This document shows, one piece after another, positions 8,396-14,221 of a DNA stretch of 24,000 nt (the stretch's first letter is position 1; each line of letters opens with the position of its first letter). The stretch comes from an uncultured Acidobacteriota bacterium. Lineage in GTDB: Bacteria; Acidobacteriota; Terriglobia; Terriglobales; Acidobacteriaceae. Where the stretch lies: assembly GCA_963832245.1 (NCBI GenBank), contig CAWHTG010000002.1, positions 886,011 to 910,010 on the forward strand, read 5' to 3'. The notes under the pieces were generated by a model, which saw only the letters and a program-made list of their open reading frames with translations, was not told the DNA's origin and searched no databases. The translations under genes and the position numbers were made by a program.

Positions 8396-9793
8396 TTATT
8401 CCTTGCCCGCATCGAATGGTCGCAGAAAAATCGCCGGATGAAACTTGAAATAAGCAGGCGGCACATGAACATTTTTGCCATTCACAGACAAAACATTGAA
8501 CTTTGATCCTAGCCCAGTAGCGGCCTCATTCAGCGTACCCGACCCAAGCTTGGGCCACTTGCCCGTATCCAAGCGGCTGACCAGCGCTTCAAACGCGACT
8601 ACGGTTTCAGCCGGAGTAAACTCGCAATGCCCGGCGCGATGCACAAACACCTGCCGCAAAAACCCACGATCATGCTCCTCGTCGACGACATCCTTGTAAG
8701 CGCTCTCGTCTTCAACCACCACCAGACCATCGCCTTTGGTGTGCAAGGTGAGCACCGGGATATCGATCTCCCCGTTGTAAATAATATTGTGCTCCAGGTA
8801 AGTGACCGCTGATGCCTTCGCCTTGATCCGTGCCACATTGTTGACTGCCTGAAGGTCAGCCTCCAGACTGAGACCTGCCTTCTGGTAGAGTGCCTGCACC
8901 TCGCGATAATCGACCGAGTTCTTCAGTTGCTTCTCATAGTCGACGCCATTGTTCCACGACCCATTCCCACCCGCGCGCGCCTCCAGTTCGGCCCGAAGTT
9001 CGAAAGCAAAAGGAAAGTCGATCTCAGAAAGCCAGAGAAATTGATTCGCTTCCTGAGCGGCGTAAGCAGTAGGAGACGGTTCCGGAGACAAGGGATCGAA
9101 CCACCCCGGCGTGTCGGCGAGCGCCGCGGACAGAGCAATCCGCGCCCTCCCCTGCTCAGTCGCTTGTGCCTGGTTAAGAATTCCTTCAGCGATGCCGATG
9201 TTCTTAACCGGGTCGGTGATGTTCACCACTTTCAATCCCGAACCCGCGCCCAGCAGCACGTCAAAAGCAAAAGCCGAGTCTAGCGCCTGGTTCCATGTTC
9301 CCACGCTTCCCGCCACCACTCCACACATCGGCAGCGCCGCATCAAAGCGTTCGGGATATCTCTGCACCAATCCAGCCGTGACCATGCCACCCAGCGAATG
9401 GCCCCAGGCAATCGTCCGGGTCGGCTTTCCCACCAACTTCTGGAAAGTGTCGAGCACTCTAATCTGATCGGGCAACGCCTGCTGAATCGCCCACCCGGTA
9501 GATGCGTATGAAGACCCGCCCAACGCATAACCATTCGCCAGCAGGTAAGCCCCGGTAATCGGATCACCAACATCCAGAGCCGGATTGGAGAACCCCGGGA
9601 CCACATAGCCATGGCTGTAGAGCACCAGAGTCCCATTCCAGTTCGAAGGAACCTGAATCAGGTAAGTTGCGCCGTCCGGAAACTTACCCCGATAGGTCTT
9701 AACCCCCGACGCCCAGCCGCGTCCGACGGACAGCGCTAGCATCCCCGCCAACAATGCCGCCAAAAAAACTGTGTGCCGGATCGTCTTCCACAT
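8396..9793 (-). CDS. secreted alpha/beta hydrolase
   Basis: Start moved to the ATG at 9793 (MWKTIRHTVFLAALLAGMLALSVG signal peptide), which has an AGGAGG SD. WGHSLGG nucleophile elbow and a C-terminal HRAGHCEF candidate catalytic His. Confidence 0.8.
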   Translation of the reverse strand: MWKTIRHTVFLAALLAGMLALSVGRGWASGVKTYRGKFPDGATYLIQVPSNWNGTLVLYSHGYVVPGFSNPALDVGDPITGAYLLANGYALGGSSYASTGWAIQQALPDQIRVLDTFQKLVGKPTRTIAWGHSLGGMVTAGLVQRYPERFDAALPMCGVVAGSVGTWNQALDSAFAFDVLLGAGSGLKVVNITDPVKNIGIAEGILNQAQATEQGRARIALSAALADTPGWFDPLSPEPSPTAYAAQEANQFLWLSEIDFPFAFELRAELEARAGGNGSWNNGVDYEKQLKNSVDYREVQALYQKAGLSLEADLQAVNNVARIKAKASAVTYLEHNIIYNGEIDIPVLTLHTKGDGLVVVEDESAYKDVVDEEHDRGFLRQVFVHRAGHCEFTPAETVVAFEALVSRLDTGKWPKLGSGTLNEAATGLGSKFNVLSVNGKNVHVPPAYFKFHPAIFLRPFDAGKE

Positions 9794-9844
9794 AGCCTGC
9801 CTCCTGGGAATAAGCATCGGACGATGAACTAAAATCGGAGGCAA

Positions 9845-9873
9845 ACTTTATTCCGGATGACCGGCTTTGTCAA
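9845..9873 (-). promoter_or_regulatory. candidate sigma70 promoter for the alpha/beta hydrolase gene
   Basis: The minus strand reads TTGACA (9873-9868), a 17-nt spacer, then TAAAGT (9850-9845), about 50 nt upstream of the ATG. Confidence 0.45.
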
Positions 9874-9884
9874 TCGGTGTGTGA

Positions 9885-9918
9885 AGATGTAGGCGCGAGC
9901 GTCCACGCTCGTGCAGCG
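9885..9918. repeat. interspersed repeat family B copy
   Basis: AGATGTAGGCGCGAGCGTCCACGCTCGTGCAGCG with a core palindrome GAGCGT-CC-ACGCTC at 9897-9910. Confidence 0.75.
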
Positions 9919-10099
9919 CCACGATAAAACCTTCGCATCCTCACCCATTTCGGCATCAATCCAAACTCCCGCAAAATCCTGTCAAGCCCCCTTTCACCCT
10001 CAATTCCCTCCAGACCCCACATTCCACAAGAGAAATAAAGTTACAAAATTGGCGGGTTTGCCCCCTCCCATGTGCTAGCCTATATCTATAAGAACAAAT

Positions 10100-10135
10100 A
10101 AAGGCGCAGCCAATAGCTGCGCCTTTTTCCTTTTC
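10100..10135. terminator. orphan intrinsic-terminator-like hairpin
   Basis: AAAGGCGCAGC-CAAT-AGCTGCGCCTTT followed by TTCCTTTTCC on the plus strand, and by a TTTATTTGTT tract on the minus strand. It lies 22 nt upstream of the nuclease ATG, and no obvious gene ends here. Confidence 0.5.
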
Positions 10136-10156
10136 CACCCGGAAGGCCCCAAATAA

Positions 10157-10645
10157 ATGAAGCCATTAACCACAGCCGCCCTGCGCCCACCCATCCACCG
10201 CAACACCAAGCGCACCGGAGAACTCTCCGAAGCCGCCTTCCTGCTAAAAGCCGAAACCCTCGGCTTCCACCTAGCCAAACCTTGGGGAGATAGCGAGCGC
10301 TACGACTTCATCCTCGACACCGGCCCCCGCCTCTGGCGCGTCCAGCTGAAATGCACCGAAGTCCTCCGCGCCCGCGGCTACGACGTGCAACCCATCTACA
10401 GCATCTACGGCAAGGGCAAAGTCGTCTACACCGCCGACGAAATCGATGTCCTCGCCGCCCACATCGTCCCCCTCGACGTCTGGTACATCCTGCCCGTAGA
10501 AGCCTTCACCCCGAACAAGAGCCTCCGTTTCTACCCCAGCAACGAGTGCAAGCGCGCCCGCTGGGAAACCTACCGCGAAGCCTGGCACCTCCTGGACCCG
10601 AATGACGCCCCGTGTGGGGCGGACATTCCTGTCCGCCGCTTCTGA
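10157..10645 (+). CDS. stand-alone PD-(D/E)XK endonuclease (PDDEXK_5 / 'group I intron-associated' type)
   Basis: 162-aa ORF. GELSEAAFLLKAETLGFHLAKPWGDSERYDFILD...WRVQLKC gives the D...(V)Q(L)K catalytic-core pattern. ADEIDVLAAHIVPLDVWYILPVEA matches the conserved C-terminal half of that family as I remember it. The last ~10 codons are encoded by a palindromic repeat. Confidence 0.65.
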   Translation: MKPLTTAALRPPIHRNTKRTGELSEAAFLLKAETLGFHLAKPWGDSERYDFILDTGPRLWRVQLKCTEVLRARGYDVQPIYSIYGKGKVVYTADEIDVLAAHIVPLDVWYILPVEAFTPNKSLRFYPSNECKRARWETYREAWHLLDPNDAPCGADIPVRRF

Positions 10646-10962
10646 TTCCCGCTCCAACGTAGACGCGAGCGTCCACGCTCGTGTAACCAGAACCCCACCG
10701 TGAAATCCACCCACGCCAAAGAAGAAAAGGTGGGAAACGATAAACCCATCGTGAAATTGTCATCCTGAGGCGGCGGAGTCGGTCGCTCGCGAGCGACTCC
10801 CAACGAAGGATCTCTGTACTTCCCGCGGCCCGGTTAAGTATGCCGGCTGTCCTCGATGCGCGCTTCGTGGAAGGGCATGGCTTCAGCCATGCCGTCAAGC
10901 CACAGATGCGATCTAGGCCCGCACGGATTAGATTTTGGGTGGCGCAGCGCTTCCAGCGCTGC
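10618..10962. repeat. mosaic array of five different REP-like palindromic units
   Basis: The units are: GGCGGACA-TTCC-TGTCCGCC (10618-10637); a family B copy (10658-10683); the TGTCATCCTGAGG... unit with GGAGTCG/CGACTCC arms (10775-10800); GGCATGGCT-TC-AGCCATGCC (10874-10893); GCAGCGCT-TCC-AGCGCTGC (10944-10962). Confidence 0.8.
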
Positions 10963-11030
10963 GATAAAAAGCCATAAATTCGACTCAGGCCCCGCAGGGA
11001 ACAAGGCTCTCCAATTCGCTCCGGATCCCC

Positions 11031-11059
11031 TTGACTCCCACAAACCCTCAGAGTATGTT
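11031..11059 (+). promoter_or_regulatory. candidate sigma70 promoter for the DUF5131-TcmP cassette
   Basis: TTGACT (11031-11036), an exact 17-nt spacer, then TATGTT (11054-11059). It sits directly after the repeat array and upstream of the sORF and cassette. Confidence 0.45.
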
Positions 11060-11288
11060 TCCCCTTCCCCCAGAAATCAGACCCCGGAGTGTTTCTAAAG
11101 TCGCAGTCTGTCCGGAGGAAGCATGAACCAAGCGCGAGCCGGCGCGGCGCGGACGGTGTTGTCGAATCGAAGCTCGGCGGATTCAAGCGCGATGAGCCAT
11201 CGCCAAGAACGACCAAATGACTCAGGCGAATAAACAACGAATACTTTAATTTCCTTCATAATAGATCAAGGAGGCCGAGCGTTGCCTT

Positions 11289-12101
11289 ATGAGCAGCCAA
11301 TCATCGATTGAATGGACCGACGCAACTTGGAATCCCGTTCGAGGATGCACGAAGATCAGTCCTGGCTGCAAGTATTGCTACGCGGAAGTCTTTGCAGAAA
11401 GATTTCGCGGCGTAGCGGGACATGCTTATGAACGAGGCTTTGATCCGAGGCTAGTACCGGAGAAGCTAGCCGAGCCACTGCGCTGGAAAAAATCACGAAT
11501 GATTTTCGTCAATTCCATGAGCGATCTATTTCACAGCGGTGTGCCTGATGCGTACATCGTGAAAGTCGCTGGTGTGATGTCATTGGCAAATTGGCACATT
11601 TTCCAAGTGCTCACGAAAAGATCAGAGCGTTTGGAACAGATGCTAAAAACATCGCTGAAGCCGTACGCTTTGGAGCAACATATCTGGTGGGGCGTAAGTG
11701 TTGAGAACCAGAAACATGGGCTTCCGAGAATCCAGCACCTTCGGAGAGCCCCAGCGAAGGTTCGCTTCTTGTCTATCGAGCCGCTACTGGAGGACGTGGG
11801 TAGAATCGATTTAGATGGCATCTCTTGGGTCATCGTCGGAGGAGAAAGCGGCTCTAGGGCAAGGCCCATCAAGGAGGAATGGGTCGTCTCCATTCGTGAT
11901 CAATGTCAAGCCGCGAGAGTGCCGTTCTTTTTCAAACAATGGGGAGGCAAGTATAAGAAGAGAGCGGGGCGAACGCTAGACGGCAACACTTATGGTGAAT
12001 TCCCAGCCGTTGTTCGCGGTTTGGTGCCGGCCAACTCTGTCCGCGATGGTCACATCGCGAGCATCGAGAGGCTATCGGAATTAACGCCGATCTCCCTATG
12101 A
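11289..12101 (+). CDS. DUF5131 (phage Gp37/Gp68 family, PF07505) three-Cys-motif protein
   Basis: IEWTDATWNPVRGCTKISPGCKYCYAE (C20-x6-C27-x2-C30), FLSIEPLLE, WVIVGGESG and VPFFFKQWGG are the hallmark blocks of this family. AGGAGG lies 14 nt upstream of the ATG. The stop overlaps the next start (ATGA at 12098-12101). Confidence 0.85.
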   Translation: MSSQSSIEWTDATWNPVRGCTKISPGCKYCYAEVFAERFRGVAGHAYERGFDPRLVPEKLAEPLRWKKSRMIFVNSMSDLFHSGVPDAYIVKVAGVMSLANWHIFQVLTKRSERLEQMLKTSLKPYALEQHIWWGVSVENQKHGLPRIQHLRRAPAKVRFLSIEPLLEDVGRIDLDGISWVIVGGESGSRARPIKEEWVVSIRDQCQAARVPFFFKQWGGKYKKRAGRTLDGNTYGEFPAVVRGLVPANSVRDGHIASIERLSELTPISL

Positions 12102-13240
12102 ACGCCTCCCCTTATGAAGATCGCGAGCAGACGGAAGTTAAGCATCAAATCCTGCAAAGATATCTGTCCGCCTTTGTCCCTATCGTAGGAGACTGGGCAT
12201 CCGACATCGCGTACATCGACTGCTTTGCTGGTCCCTGGCGATCCGTTGATCCCGATTTAAGGGACACTTCATTCTCGCGCGCTGTCGAAGTGCTCCGGTC
12301 CACGCGTAAAGTATTGGCAGACCGTGGAAAACGTCCCACAATCAGATGCCTATTCATAGAGAAGGAACCTGTCCCGTTTCAGCAACTCAAGAAATTCTGC
12401 GAGGGGATCAAAGATATAGACGTCACGCCGAAGCACTGGGACTTCACGGCACACGTCGCAGATGTTGTCCAATTTGCAAATGGACGGAGGAATTCATTCC
12501 CTTTTATTTTCATCGATCCCAAAGGCTGGGAACCGCTTGAAATAGAGCTAATCGCCCCCATCCTCAGGCTAGACCCAGGCGAAGTCCTTATCAACCTCAT
12601 GACGTCATGGATTAGACGCTTTCTCTCCGACGAGGCCAAACCTTTTGACCGTCTCCTTGGCTCGGATTTGCCGAGGCTAAGGCAGCTGCGCGGAGAGGAG
12701 CAGGAAGAAGAACTCGTGCGGTCCTACAAGGATGCCGTAGTGAAAGCCGGAAAGTTCAGGTACGCTTGTACGCTTCCCGTGATGAAACCGGATCAAGACG
12801 CTTTTCATTTCCACATGATTTACGCGACGCGCAACATTAAAGGTGTTGAGGTCTTCAAAGAAACCGAGAAAGCCATCATCCCCTTTATGCATGAAACCCG
12901 TGCGAAGGCTCAGGAGAGAAAAAGAGTTGCGCAATCTGGTCAAACGTCATTCCTTCCTGCTGAGGCACACTACAAGGAGAAGCGATTCACTCAGTATCAG
13001 CTCAAAAACCTAGAAGTTGCAAAAAGCGAACTGAGAGAACTGCTTGAACAGAGCGAACGAGTCCTCTTTGATGATGCTTGGGCGAAGGCGATGCAGCACT
13101 CCACGGTGACCCAGGGCGACTTTCGCGAGTGGATCAACGAATGGAAGTCTAGTGGGTCGTTGACGTTTGTGAATCTCGAGCCGGGGCAGAAGGTACCTCG
13201 AAAGCACGAAGGTCAATACCTAAAGTGGATCAAAAGATGA
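12098..13240 (+). CDS. tcmP: three-Cys-motif partner protein TcmP (TIGR04474-like)
   Basis: 380-aa ORF immediately coupled to a DUF5131 gene, which is the defining context of TcmP. N-terminal TEVKHQILQRYL. YIDCFAGPW (Rossmann/methyltransferase motif-I-like) and FIFIDPKGW (motif-IV-like) blocks. Confidence 0.7.
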   Translation: MNASPYEDREQTEVKHQILQRYLSAFVPIVGDWASDIAYIDCFAGPWRSVDPDLRDTSFSRAVEVLRSTRKVLADRGKRPTIRCLFIEKEPVPFQQLKKFCEGIKDIDVTPKHWDFTAHVADVVQFANGRRNSFPFIFIDPKGWEPLEIELIAPILRLDPGEVLINLMTSWIRRFLSDEAKPFDRLLGSDLPRLRQLRGEEQEEELVRSYKDAVVKAGKFRYACTLPVMKPDQDAFHFHMIYATRNIKGVEVFKETEKAIIPFMHETRAKAQERKRVAQSGQTSFLPAEAHYKEKRFTQYQLKNLEVAKSELRELLEQSERVLFDDAWAKAMQHSTVTQGDFREWINEWKSSGSLTFVNLEPGQKVPRKHEGQYLKWIKR

Positions 13241-13301
13241 TGTGCCTAAGATCCGGTTCGTTTCGATGGCAACTGGCTCACACCCGTGTAATAATCCGCT
13301 T

Positions 13302-13559
13302 ATGGCAACCAACCTTACCCTGGACGATGAGCTAATCGAAGAAGCCCGACGCGTCGGCCACCGCAAAACAAAGAAGGATGCAGTTACCGCAGCTCTCACC
13401 GAATACGTGCAGCGCCGCAAGCACCTCCGCATCCTCGAATCGTTCGGCACCGTCGACTTCAATCCCAAGTACGACTACAAAGCGGAGCGCCGGCGGTCGG
13501 CACGGCTTTCGTCACACCTAAAAAACAAAACCCCGAGCCGTTGTCGGCCCAGGGCGTAA
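13302..13559 (+). CDS. vapB: VapB-family (PF09957-type, RHH-like) antitoxin homologue with no adjacent toxin
   Basis: From the ATG at 13302: MATNLTLDDELIEEARRVGHRKTKKDAVTAALTEYVQRRKHLRILESFGTVDFNPKYDYKAERRR. This is the typical pattern of this antitoxin family. It is followed by a ~20-aa basic tail not typical of the family. No PIN/VapC ORF follows. Confidence 0.7.
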   Translation: MATNLTLDDELIEEARRVGHRKTKKDAVTAALTEYVQRRKHLRILESFGTVDFNPKYDYKAERRRSARLSSHLKNKTPSRCRPRA

Positions 13560-13676
13560 CCTGTCCAGCTACAAAATTGATTATCGATAGACGCAGATTG
13601 GAAGTCAAGATTACCTGGGGAGTCTGCCTGCCCTCAGACTCCCTGTCAGCTCCCCTACCAAAGCGGGGGAACGCTG

Positions 13677-13749
13677 TGGACCCGGCGGGATTCGAACCTG
13701 CACCTTGTAACTGGACAGGCTACCGTGCTCCCAGTTACACCACGGGCCC
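13677..13749 (-). tRNA. tRNA-like gene, anticodon GUC by position (Asp), with atypical features
   Basis: Hand fold of GGGCCCG-UG-GUGU-AACUGGGA-GCAC-G-GUAGC-CUGUCCA-GUUAC-AAGGU-GCAGG-UUCGAAU-CCCGC-CGGGUCC-A. This gives a 7-bp acceptor stem, D arm with GG, GGTTCGAATCC T-loop box and a 5-nt variable loop. No CCA is encoded. Oddities: G3-U70, A73, C37, and an A51-C63 mismatch. Confidence 0.6.
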
Positions 13750-13867
13750 CAGCGTAGCCTAGGAGGCCTGCTGGGCCTGAACAAGTTCGTCCGTCACATC
13801 GCCGCAAGCGAGTGCCAACTCGGGAAGCTACAGCTGATGACTCCGATGATTACGACGCCCCATTCGA

Positions 13868-13923
13868 CCCAGCCCGAAGCCGGAAGCCTGAAGCCCGCAG
13901 CCCGCAGCCTAAAGCCTAATCCC
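13868..13923. repeat. tandem heptamer repeat (NNNAGCC)x8
   Basis: CCCAGCC CGAAGCC GGAAGCC TGAAGCC CGCAGCC CGCAGCC TAAAGCC TAATCCC read directly from the sequence. It is intergenic, between the tRNA and the radical SAM gene. Confidence 0.8.
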
Positions 13924-14221
13924 CTCAATCACTTACATCCATCCAATGCACCATTCCGCCGCTAAACCCCGATTTTGCCCCTTTCATTGGGTTCCGCGTG
14001 TCATCCCCCAGTGCCTTCAATAAGATGGTTACACAATGAAACCCAGGGAGAGGTCCATCGAGAAGGCCTCTTCAGGTTGAGCCGTGAAGCGTAGAGAGTG
14101 AAGGTCAAACAGGGGTAGGTTCTACCGGTTCATACGTTTGCAGAATTTGAATTTGAGCCCCGGGGGAAAAGTGGCAGATGCCTGACTGGCCACAGTCCCC
14201 AGCGAAAGAAAGCGAGAGAAC

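Noticed and set aside
8308-10962. Possible CRISPR array, suggested by recurring palindromic ~30-nt units.
   Set aside because: The units belong to several different sequence families, are irregularly spaced (tens of nt to 1.5 kb), flank whole genes and have no cas genes nearby. This is REP/BIME-like, not CRISPR.
10506-11237. 243-aa minus-strand ORF, plus smaller ORFs (10271-10714, 10570-10803, 10834-11043, 10856-11098), in the nuclease-cassette gap.
   Set aside because: They are read through the palindromic repeat mosaic. Their composition is low-complexity Arg/Gly/Ser, and they overlap the well-supported PD-(D/E)XK CDS. Translating dispersed repeats gives such pseudo-proteins.
9850-13760. 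Integrase, transposase or direct tRNA 3'-end repeat that would define a classical integrative island.
   Set aside because: No ORF in the track has recombinase-like motifs, and by eye I found no second copy of the GGATTCGAACC-containing tRNA 3' segment. The island interpretation therefore rests only on GC content, gene content and tRNA adjacency.
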